Shown: positions 41,891-51,463, counted from the first letter of the stretch. The stretch is DNA of 53,800 nt from an uncultured Thermotogae bacterium (GCA_964506635.1 CAZDMI010000001.1:1-53800); one strand, 5' to 3'. Made by a program: numbers and translations. The notes: a model not told the origin generated them from the letters alone.

Positions 41891-42598
41891 CTATTCTCTT
41901 TCCCGATATAAAAAGCCAACGGCGTGAATAGAGACCTCATAAAGTATTATCAATGGAATAGCCATAAAGGCCTGAGAAAATAAATCAGTGGGCGTAATAA
42001 AAGCCGCGGTGGTGAAGGCAATAATGATTACGTACTTCCTGTTTGCCCTGAGAGTTTCGACTTCGACAAAACCGAGGCGGACCATGAGATAAATAAGTAG
42101 CGGCAGTTCAAATATCAGACCCATTGCGAAAGAAAGGAGGGAGGAAAAGGTTATATAATTACGGACGGTGAAACTGGATACGAGGTTTTCCCCTCCCACT
42201 CCGGACAGAAACCTAACCGTATAGGGAATTCCGACCAAGACCGCAAGTCCGATCCCGACATAAAAAAGAACTCCTCCCAGCAAGAAACCAAACCGGAACA
42301 GCCTTGCCTCGTCCTCCAACAGGGCCGGGACGATAAACTTCCACATCTGATATAGCAACCACGGTGTCGATAGGATTATCCCCGTTATAACCGCAAGCTT
42401 GAGGTAGGTTAAAAAAGCTTCCGTGGGATGAAGGTAAATTAAGGATTCTTCGTTAGAGGCCCTGAGAAGTAGTCCCAGGAGCTCAGTTCTAAAATAATAC
42501 GCAGCTCCAGCCAGTAGAACGATCGCACCCAGGGAGCTGATTACCCTGCTCCTCAACTCCTCGAGATGCTCCCCGAGCGGACGTTCTTGGTCTTTCAT
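41891..42598 (-). CDS. tatC: Twin-arginine translocase subunit TatC (copy 2)
   Basis: HLEELRSRVI N-terminus, six predicted TM segments, TatC-typical PTEAF and FITPTD segments. Confidence 0.9.
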   Translation of the reverse strand: MKDQERPLGEHLEELRSRVISSLGAIVLLAGAAYYFRTELLGLLLRASNEESLIYLHPTEAFLTYLKLAVITGIILSTPWLLYQMWKFIVPALLEDEARLFRFGFLLGGVLFYVGIGLAVLVGIPYTVRFLSGVGGENLVSSFTVRNYITFSSLLSFAMGLIFELPLLIYLMVRLGFVEVETLRANRKYVIIIAFTTAAFITPTDLFSQAFMAIPLIILYEVSIHAVGFLYRERE

Positions 42599-42617
42599 TC
42601 AGGTACTATAATCCTCA

Positions 42618-42887
42618 TTAACTCTGAGGTTCTTCCTCGTCGTCGGCCTCTTCTTCAGTAGACTTATCTCCGGAGCTTCGGTCGGACTTTCCGCCCCCGG
42701 TTTCCGTATCCACGTCAATTGCATCCTGAGTCTCTTCGTACTGTTCCTGAATTTTTTCCTTTTCCTTATTGAATTCTCGTACGCCCTTGCCGAGCGACCG
42801 AGCCAGTTCGGGGAGCTTGTCCCCGCCAAATATCACGAGGATGATCACCAAAATGATTATTAACTCAGTCGGTCCCAGTCCAAACAT
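42618..42887 (-). CDS. tatA: Twin-arginine translocase subunit TatA/E with an acidic tail
   Basis: MFGLGPTELIIILVIILVIFGGDKLPELARSLGKGVREF. GGAGGTG SD. Confidence 0.9.
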   Translation of the reverse strand: MFGLGPTELIIILVIILVIFGGDKLPELARSLGKGVREFNKEKEKIQEQYEETQDAIDVDTETGGGKSDRSSGDKSTEEEADDEEEPQS

Positions 42888-42966
42888 AGTACTTTAACAC
42901 CTCCGAACTTCCGTGATCAAATCTTAACCCATCAGACGGCAAAATGTAATACCCGGGCTGACTGTA

Positions 42967-43680
42967 TTAATCGGGCTCAGCTATTCCGGCAAGTACTATC
43001 GATAAACCGTAAAGTACCAGCAGAGGGCCCCACAAAAACATCTGTGTAATGGGGTCCGGTGGTGTCAGTACGGCTGCCAGAATCGCAGCCCCTACAAGCG
43101 CTATTCTCCACTGGCTGGTTAAAGTTTTCCGCCTTATAATGTTTAACTTCGCTAGTCCGTATGAGATTACCGGCATTTCAAAGAGGAAACCAAATATTAG
43201 GGTAAATGCCATCACAAAAGAAGCGTAATTACCCACTGTAAAAGTCGGGTCTAAACTCTCGCCACTTATGCCCCTGAGGAAATCAAGCGCAAACGGTAAT
43301 ACTCCCAGCAGGGCAAACCCGGCCCCCACGTAAAAGAAAAAGCTTCCAAACACAAATAACCCGAACGTGAAACCCCGCCCGAAACGATCGCTCTTGCTTA
43401 AAAAAGGCGAAACGATCTGAATTAGCTGATAAAGTAAATAGGGAGCGCTCAACAGGACCCCTACGAACAGCGATAACTTAATGTAGGTAAAGAAGGCCTC
43501 CGTCGGATGGATAAAAATTAGCTCTTTTTCCACCAGCGGCCGCTGCAGGAACTGGAGGACCCTGTCCCTGAAAACGTACGCGAGGATAGCGAAAGCGACA
43601 ATTAAAATAAAACTCCTGATAAGCCGCCCGCGAAGGTCCTCGGTCCTTTCCAGTAAATCCTGTATAACGCTATCAGACAC
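42967..43680 (-). CDS. tatC: Twin-arginine translocase subunit TatC (copy 1)
   Basis: DLRGRLIRS N-terminus, PTEAF, LTPPDP, six TM segments. GTG start with no visible SD, so the start is uncertain. Confidence 0.85.
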   Translation of the reverse strand: MSDSVIQDLLERTEDLRGRLIRSFILIVAFAILAYVFRDRVLQFLQRPLVEKELIFIHPTEAFFTYIKLSLFVGVLLSAPYLLYQLIQIVSPFLSKSDRFGRGFTFGLFVFGSFFFYVGAGFALLGVLPFALDFLRGISGESLDPTFTVGNYASFVMAFTLIFGFLFEMPVISYGLAKLNIIRRKTLTSQWRIALVGAAILAAVLTPPDPITQMFLWGPLLVLYGLSIVLAGIAEPD

Positions 43681-43724
43681 TGTATTTAAAAGTTACTAAA
43701 ACCAATTTATTGAAAAGTTAGCGG

Positions 43725-44012
43725 TCAATCTTCCATCTGCTCTTCTAGTTCGTCCTTGTCCATATCCAGAGCTTCCGCCACTTCTTCCGTTCCGACGTCT
43801 TCTTCTACCTGCTCCGCCAGATCCATAAGCGCTTGCTTATTTACCTGCTCGTCCAGCCACCTGTCTACCTCGGACTTCCTGATCTTGGTCTGACCGTTTA
43901 GCTCCATTGCGTCCAATTCGCCCTTATCAATTAAATCTTTGACGGCGTCGGCTTTCAAACCGGTATATTTGGCAACGTCCGATACCTTCAAATACGCTTC
44001 AACTTTGCTCAT
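43725..44012 (-). CDS. Small helix-turn-helix (excisionase/MerR-like HTH_17-type) DNA-binding protein with an acidic tail
   Basis: YLKVSDVAKYTGLKADAVKDLIDKGEL...IRKSEVDRWL. AGGTGA SD. Confidence 0.7.
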   Translation of the reverse strand: MSKVEAYLKVSDVAKYTGLKADAVKDLIDKGELDAMELNGQTKIRKSEVDRWLDEQVNKQALMDLAEQVEEDVGTEEVAEALDMDKDELEEQMED

Positions 44013-44087
44013 TATATCACCTAAACCTATCTACTGTTGGTAAATGTCTCGTAAAGCTTACCGGAAAGGTCACGGTTTTTAATGGGG

Positions 44088-45512
44088 TCAGGAGTTAACG
44101 CTCCAGTTGGTCCCTCCTTCCTGGTCTTTGATTTCTATCCCCATCCCTTTCAATTCGGATCTGATCTTATCGGCAAGCTCCCACTGCTCCTCCTCCCTGA
44201 GGTCGTTCCTGACATCCAGCAATAGCTTCAGTAGTCCTTCCTCGAGACCTTTGAGTCGATTTTCTCCCTTGCCCTGAAATAGTCCAAGTGGGCGGGAAAG
44301 CTCTCTGACCTTAGCTGCTGCCCCCTCTAGCAAGAACAGGTCCTCTTCTGGACCGTCGTCCCGGAATTTATTACCCCTCTTGACCAGGTCGAAGATTACC
44401 CCAAGACCGCCGGGGGTATTGAAGTCCTTATCCATTTCTTCCATAAAGCGGTCATCCGCCGATTCCAGGTAATTCTGGAACTCCTTCCCGCGTTCAGTGC
44501 TGACGGAACCTTCACCCTCGGAGCTTTCAATTCCCTCGACTGCTTCAAAGAAATCGTATACCTTTTTCACCGCACTGTCGGCGTCATCGAGGTTCTTTTT
44601 GCTGAAGTTCAATGGTTTGCGATAATGGGTGGAAAAGTAGAAGTAGCGTACGGTCTCACTGTCAAATTGCTCCAGGACGTCCCGCGCGTACTCGAAATTG
44701 CCCAGGGACTTCGACATCTTCTCACCCTCGAACCGTAGAAGCCCATTATGTAACCAGTAACGCGCAAACTGTTTTCCCGTCCGCGCCTCGGACTGCGCGA
44801 TTTCGTTCTCGTGATGAGGGAAAATGAGGTCCTGGCCGCCTGCGTGAATATCGATAGTATCGCCGAGAGTACCCTGAGCCATGACGGAACACTCTATATG
44901 CCACCCCGGACGGCCTTCTCCCCAGGGACTCTCCCAGCTCGGTTCACCGGGCTTGGAACTCTTCCACAGAGCAAAATCCAGCGGATCTTCCTTCTTGACG
45001 TTTACCTCTACCCGGGATCCACTTTCCAGGTCATCCACCGAACGACCCGAGAGCTTGCCATAATCCTCGAATTCCCTGACCCGAAAATATACGTCCCCTT
45101 CGACCTCGTAACCATAACCCCTATCAATCAGTGCACTGACGTGATCTATTATTTCATCGACGTATTCCGTCACGCGGGGGCGGTAGTCGGCTTCTTTTAT
45201 TCCCAGTCGCTCCAGGTCTTCAAAGTAGGCCTCCGCGTACTTTTTTGCCAGTTTGTCGGGTTCCATACCTTCTTCGTCCGCTCTATCTATGATCTTATCG
45301 TCGAGATCGGTCACGTTCTGGGTGAATTCGACTTCGTATCCTTTGAACTCCAGGTAACGTCTCAGACCATCGAACACTATAAAAGGCCTTGCGTTGCCTA
45401 TGTGAAAGTAATCGTAGACGGTGGGACCACAGCTATAAAATCTGACCTTTCCTTCTTCCAGGGGGTCGAATTCCTCGGTTTCTCCGGTCAAAGTATTATA
45501 AAGCTTAAGCAT
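44088..45512 (-). CDS. cysS: Cysteine--tRNA ligase
   Basis: HIGN (HIGH) motif in YFHIGNARP, KMSKS motif in GEKMSKSLGN, and the Zn ligand context CGPTVYD. Confidence 0.95.
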   Translation of the reverse strand: MLKLYNTLTGETEEFDPLEEGKVRFYSCGPTVYDYFHIGNARPFIVFDGLRRYLEFKGYEVEFTQNVTDLDDKIIDRADEEGMEPDKLAKKYAEAYFEDLERLGIKEADYRPRVTEYVDEIIDHVSALIDRGYGYEVEGDVYFRVREFEDYGKLSGRSVDDLESGSRVEVNVKKEDPLDFALWKSSKPGEPSWESPWGEGRPGWHIECSVMAQGTLGDTIDIHAGGQDLIFPHHENEIAQSEARTGKQFARYWLHNGLLRFEGEKMSKSLGNFEYARDVLEQFDSETVRYFYFSTHYRKPLNFSKKNLDDADSAVKKVYDFFEAVEGIESSEGEGSVSTERGKEFQNYLESADDRFMEEMDKDFNTPGGLGVIFDLVKRGNKFRDDGPEEDLFLLEGAAAKVRELSRPLGLFQGKGENRLKGLEEGLLKLLLDVRNDLREEEQWELADKIRSELKGMGIEIKDQEGGTNWSVNS

Positions 45513-45680
45513 GCTTTAACACCTTCCCTGAAAAAATGGGGCTTAAAATTCGGGGATGACGGTCTAGAGGAAATCTTCACGAAATAAATTTTTAAACTTT
45601 TTCCAGCGCCACTTCTGCCACCGTATTCAACCAAATTGGCTGCTACTATGTAAACGAACTTAATTCATAAACGCTAAGAC

Positions 45681-45709
45681 AGTATAAGCAAGGGTCTTGC
45701 CGATGACAA
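45681..45709 (-). promoter_or_regulatory. Sigma70-like promoter of cysS
   Basis: Minus-sense TTGTCA (45709-45704), 17-nt spacer, TATACT (45686-45681). This implies a leader of about 160 nt. Confidence 0.45.
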
Positions 45710-45902
45710 GCAGGGACACCTAAGGTAAATTGTCTATGGAAACTGGTAAAAGTACGGCTAATTGCTTATACATACACCGTCTTGAATCAGTATCCAAGTA
45801 CGTCCAAAGTTAGAAATAGAGGAACCCAGGCGTACCTGAAAACCGCAAAAGTAAAACGACAAAGAGAGCCAGTAATAAATTTAACCCGGAGGTACCTCAA
45901 CA

Positions 45903-46451
45903 ATGAGCAGGAAAAACCTCCCAAACTTTCTGACGCTGTTCAGGATAATTGCCGTTCCTTTCGTGATTTTCCTTCTCCTGATCGGCAACTACCTGGCCGC
46001 ACTGGCGCTTTTTTCTTTTGCTTCGATAACGGACTTCGTGGACGGATACATGGCCCGAAAGCATGGCCAGATCAGCCCTTTTGGCAAGTTTGCCGATCCG
46101 ATTGCCGACAAATTGCTTGTGGCAGGGGTTCTCGTGACTTTTATTCAGCTGGACGCCGTAACTGCAGTTCCAGTGGTGGTTATAATTGCCCGTGGTTTCC
46201 TGGTTACCGGAATCAGGCTACTGGGTACCACGGAAGAAGAAGTGATTTCGGCAAGCTGGATGGGGAAGGTAAAAACAGTTTCACATATAACCCTGATAGT
46301 TGTAATAACGTTAAATCTGGAATTAGGTTTTAGTTGGCTGGATACAACAGTAAATCCGTTGATTTACCTGGCCATGGCAACTGCCCTGATTTCGGGGGTT
46401 GACTATCTTTATCAGAATAAAGAGTTAATCAGAAAAAGTTTCCGTAACTAA
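45903..46451 (+). CDS. pgsA: CDP-diacylglycerol--glycerol-3-phosphate 3-phosphatidyltransferase
   Basis: CDP-alcohol phosphotransferase motif DFVDGYMARKHGQISPFGKFADPIADK. GGAGGT SD. Confidence 0.9.
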   Translation: MSRKNLPNFLTLFRIIAVPFVIFLLLIGNYLAALALFSFASITDFVDGYMARKHGQISPFGKFADPIADKLLVAGVLVTFIQLDAVTAVPVVVIIARGFLVTGIRLLGTTEEEVISASWMGKVKTVSHITLIVVITLNLELGFSWLDTTVNPLIYLAMATALISGVDYLYQNKELIRKSFRN

Positions 46452-46465
46452 GTCGTGCAATTCTC

Positions 46466-46788
46466 CCCCCTAAGACCAAGTTCTAACTCTTGTTACGAGG
46501 AAATATCCCAACTATTTAAGAAACTTATTTTCTTTCACCCATTGGATGATATCTAAGGGGGTAAATCAAGTCGCTTTTCCAAGGTTTTCACCCAGCACCC
46601 AGATGAGCTCCGAAACCGGGCTCAAGGTCTTTAACTTAACACAAGTAAGGCTACCTCACTTGCTTAAACGTAAATCCTACTCCAAGTTACATATCTCATC
46701 TGGGTGCTGGACCAGTTCTTGCTGGCAGAATTGGTTCCTAACCAAAATATAATTTTCAATAACCAGGAAAGATCGCTGAAACTGGTCC
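46466..46788. ncRNA. Candidate structured RNA: three consecutive long-range stem domains filling the pgsA-rsfS intergenic region; class and strand unknown
   Basis: Stem I: CCCCCTAAG (46466-46474) / CTAAGGGGG (46553-46561), 8 of 9 bp. Stem II: perfect 16 bp, CCAGCACCCAGATGAG (46592-46607) / CTCATCTGGGTGCTGG (46695-46710), with nested TAACTT/AAGTTA and a CAAGTAAGG..CCTCACTTG hairpin. Stem III: perfect 9 bp, GGACCAGTT (46709-46717) / AACTGGTCC (46780-46788), with an inner TTGGTT/AACCAA hairpin. Confidence 0.4.
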
Positions 46789-46807
46789 GGAATTGAGGCG
46801 CGAGTGG

Positions 46808-47164
46808 CTAACCCTCTTCGGCCTTTTCCAGGGAAAACTCCCGGTCAACCCACAGGTCATCCAGGTCGTAAAAGTCCCTGACTTCCTCGTCAAATATATG
46901 CACCATCACTTCACCGTAGTCCAAAGCGACCCAGCTACCATCCTCGAAACCGTCTTTCCCAGACGGCTTACTGTCGAATTTCTCTTCGAGGTTTTCGGCG
47001 ATTGCCCTCACGTGTTTCGGGTTGGTTCCATTGGCAAGAACAAAAAAACTGGTCGCGAGGGAGTGGTCACGCATATCTATAATCCTGGCTTTTTCACCTT
47101 TTTTGTCCTCGATCAAGTTAAGTAAAGTTCGAAGGTCCTCTCTTTCTTCTAAATCACGAGACAA
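46808..47164 (-). CDS. rsfS: Ribosome silencing factor RsfS (iojap-like)
   Basis: LLNLIEDKKGEKARIIDMRD...FFVLANGTNPKHVRAIAENL...WVALDYGEVMVHIF. TTG start overlaps the end of the upstream gene. Confidence 0.9.
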   Translation of the reverse strand: MSRDLEEREDLRTLLNLIEDKKGEKARIIDMRDHSLATSFFVLANGTNPKHVRAIAENLEEKFDSKPSGKDGFEDGSWVALDYGEVMVHIFDEEVRDFYDLDDLWVDREFSLEKAEEG

Positions 47165-48386
47165 AGCTAGGGGATCCCTTTCCCATTATTAAAAGTAAGT
47201 TCGTCTCCTCGGGTAAACTTACACCCGAGCTTTCCAGTGCAGCCATGGTATCCTGGAAGTTATCCTGGCTGACGGTCTCCAGGTTGAAATTAAGCTCCTG
47301 TTTCAGGGAATCAGCCATTTCCCGACCTTCCTGGTTCAGCGTTACAAGGTAGCTTGTTTCGTAATCGAACCTGTTCGCGTTGTCCGTACCGGTCACCTTA
47401 AAGCCGAGCCCAACCAGCTTATCCGCAGTCTTCCGGGCAAGGTAATTTGCCCCTTCACCGTTTAGTACATAAACCGCGGCGTCCACTTTGCTCTTTATAC
47501 TCAAGCCGTTAATTTCCTGTGCAACTACCCTCCTGGTTTGTACGATACGGGGAAGGAGAACTGCCTTATTATCCACCCGTTCGGGCTTGCCGGATAGCGT
47601 CACCATGTTAAAATCTTCCATCCCGAGGTTTTGAACCGTCCTTCCAAGGTCGTACATATCCATCAGCGAGAGGTTGGTCTTCGTATATTTCCTTCCCGTA
47701 TCTATCAAACTTTTTATCTGTGACCAGCCCTCCATCTGGACTCCCCCCTCGAGAAGCGCCTTCAGGAACTTCTGCTGCCGGCTAATGCGCTGTAGGTCGC
47801 TTTGACCGGCCCTGTACCTGACGTAACCCATCGCCTCCTGGCCATTCAGCTTCTGCTGTCCGGGGTCGATATCGATGTTCAGGCCAGCCGCCTCGTCAGT
47901 ATACTTAAGTCTTTCTTCTACAGTGAGCTGGACACCACCCATGAGGTTCACTATCTCCTTGAAACCCTGGTAATCAACCACCAGGTGAAAATCTATCGGC
48001 ACGCCAAGAAAATTGGAAACTATTTCCGTGGCGAGTTTGGGGCCATCAATGGCGTAGGCAGCATTTACCCTGCGGAACTCTTCATCCGGGTACTTGAGGT
48101 AGAGGTCTCGCGGAATTGAGACTAGACTGGCCTCGTTGTTTTCAGGGTCGATGCTGACGACCATCATGGTGTCACTGCGTCGGGCCGTTGCTCCCTCAAT
48201 ATGGTCCAGGCCCAGAACGAGCAGGTTAACCCGCTCGCCCCTTTCAACCAGCTCGTTTACGTTGCGCTGATTCAGGACGTAGATTCCTATCCCGGACCCA
48301 ATAACCAGGATAACTAAAACGACTGATATCGTTATCTTCCATTTCATCTCGGCATCAAGCTTAACATAACGCATCCTGCTCGACAA
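47154..48386 (-). CDS. LytR-CpsA-Psr (LCP) family protein
   Basis: N-terminal TM and the LCP core (NLLVLGLD...RSDTMMVVSIDP...SIPRD). Start is uncertain: TTG 48386, ATG 48374 or ATG 48347. Confidence 0.85.
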   Translation of the reverse strand: MSSRMRYVKLDAEMKWKITISVVLVILVIGSGIGIYVLNQRNVNELVERGERVNLLVLGLDHIEGATARRSDTMMVVSIDPENNEASLVSIPRDLYLKYPDEEFRRVNAAYAIDGPKLATEIVSNFLGVPIDFHLVVDYQGFKEIVNLMGGVQLTVEERLKYTDEAAGLNIDIDPGQQKLNGQEAMGYVRYRAGQSDLQRISRQQKFLKALLEGGVQMEGWSQIKSLIDTGRKYTKTNLSLMDMYDLGRTVQNLGMEDFNMVTLSGKPERVDNKAVLLPRIVQTRRVVAQEINGLSIKSKVDAAVYVLNGEGANYLARKTADKLVGLGFKVTGTDNANRFDYETSYLVTLNQEGREMADSLKQELNFNLETVSQDNFQDTMAALESSGVSLPEETNLLLIMGKGSPSFVS

Positions 48387-48416
48387 GTCAAGAATCGGCT
48401 TTCTACCGACCCTGCT

Positions 48417-48445
48417 TTGAATAAGGGGGGTTTTCGGTCTATAAT
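48417..48445 (+). promoter_or_regulatory. Near-consensus promoter positioned for a leaderless or very short-leader AMMECR1 mRNA
   Basis: TTGAAT (48417-48422), 17-nt spacer, TATAAT (48440-48445), then 8 nt to the ATG at 48454. Confidence 0.5.
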
Positions 48446-48453
48446 AAGGTGTT

Positions 48454-48987
48454 ATGGAAGATAACTACGTAAAATTAGCCAAGAAAGCTGTTAGAGAGGC
48501 CGTTACGGGAGAGGAAAGCGACGAGACGAGTGAGCTAAAGGAGAAGCTACCGGATTCGCCCCAGGGCGTTTTCGTCACGCTAAAGAGACACGGAGAGGAA
48601 CTCAGGGGCTGCATAGGAACCTACACTCCGGCGACTGGTTCACTTGGTGACGAGGTGGTAAGGAACGCCTCTTCGGCCGCCCTGAATGACCCGCGTTTCC
48701 CTACCGTAAAAAAAGAAGAACTTTCCCAGCTTACGGTATCGGTGGACGTACTTACCGAACCGGAACCCTGCGAAATCGACGACTTGAACCCCGAGAAGTA
48801 CGGTATAATGGTAGAGAAGGGCGGTAAATCGGGGCTCCTCCTGCCTGATCTGGACGGAGTAGACAGCGTGGAAAAACAGGTCGAGGTCACCAAGAAAAAG
48901 GCCGGACTCTCCGCAACGGACGATGATTTCGAACTCAAACGCTTCGAAGTCGAGAGACACGAGGGAGAGGAACCAATTGGCAATTAA
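48454..48987 (+). CDS. AMMECR1 domain protein
   Basis: LRGCIGT motif and DPRFP segment. 177 aa. Confidence 0.85.
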   Translation: MEDNYVKLAKKAVREAVTGEESDETSELKEKLPDSPQGVFVTLKRHGEELRGCIGTYTPATGSLGDEVVRNASSAALNDPRFPTVKKEELSQLTVSVDVLTEPEPCEIDDLNPEKYGIMVEKGGKSGLLLPDLDGVDSVEKQVEVTKKKAGLSATDDDFELKRFEVERHEGEEPIGN

Positions 48988-49028
48988 AGCCACTTCACGA
49001 GAATTCTTCAGCCGATACCTTCGATAAT

Positions 49029-50366
49029 ATGGCTACCAGGATAGCGTTTTATACGCTTGGCTGTAAATCCAACCAATACGATACCGAGATAATGAAAAAG
49101 GAAGTGGAAAAGAGGCCAGGTTATCGAGTGGTTTCCTTTGGCGAAGACACGGACATATCAGTGATTAATACCTGCAGCGTCACTACGGGGGCCGACAGGA
49201 AATCACGAAAGTATATCAGAAGGTCGAACCGCAGGGGAGAAACCGTTATGGTTACCGGGTGCTACGTAACTATAGACGGCGACGTGATCTCCGACATAGA
49301 AGGCGTGGATTTAATTTTCCCGAATTCACACAAGTACAAATTTCAACAGGTCCTTGATAAACTAGAGAATGGGTACGAGGGGATGATCGATAGCCGAAAA
49401 GGGATAAACTGGAACCTGGATAGCAAAACCATCACCCGGGACAGGAACCATACCAGAGCCTTTGTAAAAATTCAGGACGGGTGTAATAATAATTGTTCGT
49501 TTTGTAAAGTCCGCTACCTGAGGGGCCCGACCAGGAGCAAATCTCCCGAAAAAGTCCTGGAAGAAGCCGAAAGGCTCGGGGCAAATGGGTTTGAGGAAAT
49601 CGTACTAACCGGGATAAACCTGGCAGAATACGGAGAAGAGGGCTTGAATCTACCGGATCTTCTCGAGAAACTGACAGGGGTAAAGGCCATCAGCAGGATA
49701 AGGCTGAGTTCGATAAACCCTGCAGGGATCACGGGAGAACTTTTAGAGGTTTTTCAACGCTCACAGAAGCTCTGTCCGTATTTCCACGTGCCGCTGCAAT
49801 CCGGGTCCAGCAGTATTCTGGATTCAATGAACAGAAATTACACCCGGGAAGAGTACTTAGGAAAAATAAATCTGGTCAAAAAAAAGCTCGAACACCCTAC
49901 CTTTGGCACAGATATTCTGGTAGGCTTTCCGGGAGAAAAGGATATAGATTTCGATAGAACCAGGGAGATTATCAGGGAAGTAAAATATTTAAACGTGCAT
50001 GAGTTCCGTTTCACCCCCCGAGAAATGACCGCCGCCGCCGATTACGGTGAGACGGTGCATTCGAAAGTAAAGAAGGAACGGGCAAGGAAGATAAGAAAGC
50101 TGGCTTCAAATGTCAGCAAGGAGGTCCGCAGGAGCTTCGAAGGAAGCACCGCAAAAATGGTTCTCGAGGAACCCAGCAAAGTACTGGACGGGTGGAGAGG
50201 TTACTCGAAGCACTACCTGGACATTCATATATCGGCAAGCGAGATCGGGGAAGGGGTTGGAAAGGGTGATACTGTAACCGTGAAGCTGGATCAAGTCAGG
50301 GAAGATTTTAACCTGGCGAAATCGCCGGAGCTCATGACTATAAATAGTAGTTCTCAAAATAATTAA
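49029..50366 (+). CDS. mtaB: tRNA methylthiotransferase, MtaB-like (radical SAM, UPF0004 plus TRAM domains)
   Basis: FYTLGCKSNQYD, VINTCSVT, and the radical-SAM motif CNNNCSFC. No SD upstream. Confidence 0.85.
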   Translation: MATRIAFYTLGCKSNQYDTEIMKKEVEKRPGYRVVSFGEDTDISVINTCSVTTGADRKSRKYIRRSNRRGETVMVTGCYVTIDGDVISDIEGVDLIFPNSHKYKFQQVLDKLENGYEGMIDSRKGINWNLDSKTITRDRNHTRAFVKIQDGCNNNCSFCKVRYLRGPTRSKSPEKVLEEAERLGANGFEEIVLTGINLAEYGEEGLNLPDLLEKLTGVKAISRIRLSSINPAGITGELLEVFQRSQKLCPYFHVPLQSGSSSILDSMNRNYTREEYLGKINLVKKKLEHPTFGTDILVGFPGEKDIDFDRTREIIREVKYLNVHEFRFTPREMTAAADYGETVHSKVKKERARKIRKLASNVSKEVRRSFEGSTAKMVLEEPSKVLDGWRGYSKHYLDIHISASEIGEGVGKGDTVTVKLDQVREDFNLAKSPELMTINSSSQNN

Positions 50367-50479
50367 AAAGAGAATACGAAAACGGTGCCCTTTCGGGGCC
50401 GGAAGGTTTGTTTTTAATTGAACTTTTTCACAGAGGTCGAAAGGTTCTCCAATAATTTTTAAGGATATTTCGTCCAATT

Positions 50480-51440
50480 ATGGCGAGGAGTGATAACATC
50501 AGCAACGGAAAAGAGATTGAAAGGGAACTGACTCTCAGGGACCACGATCAGACAGTGACCTTACTGGGACAGTACAATAAGAACCTGGACTACATCCGTG
50601 AAAACTTCGAAGCTAAGATCATTGTTAAGGACGGCTCAATAAAGATTAAAGGGCGCGAGGAAGAGGTCAAGCAGGTAAGGTCCCTATTCGACGAACTGCT
50701 CGAAATGATAGAGAGCGGTCAATCGCCGAAGTTCGACGAAGTAAAAAAATTAGCACAGATGGTCAAGGGCGGGGAAGAGGAGGAGCTCCAGGGGGTACTA
50801 TCGGACGTCATCCAGACAACCTACTGGGGCGAACAGATCAAACCAAAGTCCCTTAACCAGAAGCAGTACGTCGAAGCAATTCGGGAAAAGGACATAGTAT
50901 TTTGTATCGGTCCGGCAGGTACCGGTAAAACCTACCTGGCGGTGGCCATGGGAATAGAGTTCCTGAAAAAGGGCAAGGTAAAGAGGATGATACTGACGAG
51001 ACCGGCAGTCGAAGCGGGCGAGGAGCTTGGTTTTCTGCCTGGGGACATGCAGGCTAAGGTAAACCCTTACCTGCGACCGCTATACGACGCAATCTATGAC
51101 ATGATTCCGGGCGAGGAGTTTGAAAGGTTAAAGGACGAGGGTAGAATCGAAATTGCGCCCCTTGCCTTTATGCGGGGCAGGACCTTAAATAACTCCTTCG
51201 TAATTCTTGACGAAGCACAGAACACTACTTCGACCCAGCTCAAGATGTTCCTCACCAGGCTCGGCTTTGACTCAAAAGCAGTAATCACGGGTGACATAAC
51301 TCAGATTGATCTACAAAAAGACGTTTCGGGACTCAGCCACGACAGAAAATTTCTGGAAAACATACCCGGCATCGAATTTATTTACCTTGATAAAGCCGAC
51401 GTAGTCAGACACGACCTCGTAAAGGAAATTATAGAAGCTT

Positions 51441-51463
<23 letters not shown>
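50480..51463 (+). CDS. PhoH-like ATPase
   Basis: Walker A GPAGTGKTY, ILDEAQN, GDITQIDL. Confidence 0.9.

Noticed and set aside
44811-45587. 258-aa plus-strand ORF
   Set aside because: Antisense to cysS (HIGH and KMSKS motifs present on the minus strand). No SD.
45513-45700. T-box or Cys-responsive leader upstream of cysS
   Set aside because: The leader of about 160 nt has no terminator hairpin, no T-box core and no Cys-codon-rich leader ORF that I can see. Only the promoter call and the shared 12-mer were retained.
45782-46333. 183-aa plus-strand ORF overlapping pgsA in another frame
   Set aside because: The pgsA frame carries the complete CDP-alcohol phosphotransferase motif and a GGAGGT SD. 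The alternative frame is Arg/Gly-rich with no features.
46546-46752. 68-aa plus-strand ORF in the pgsA-rsfS gap
   Set aside because: No SD. It spans both arms of the perfect 16-bp stem. RNA structure is the more economical reading.
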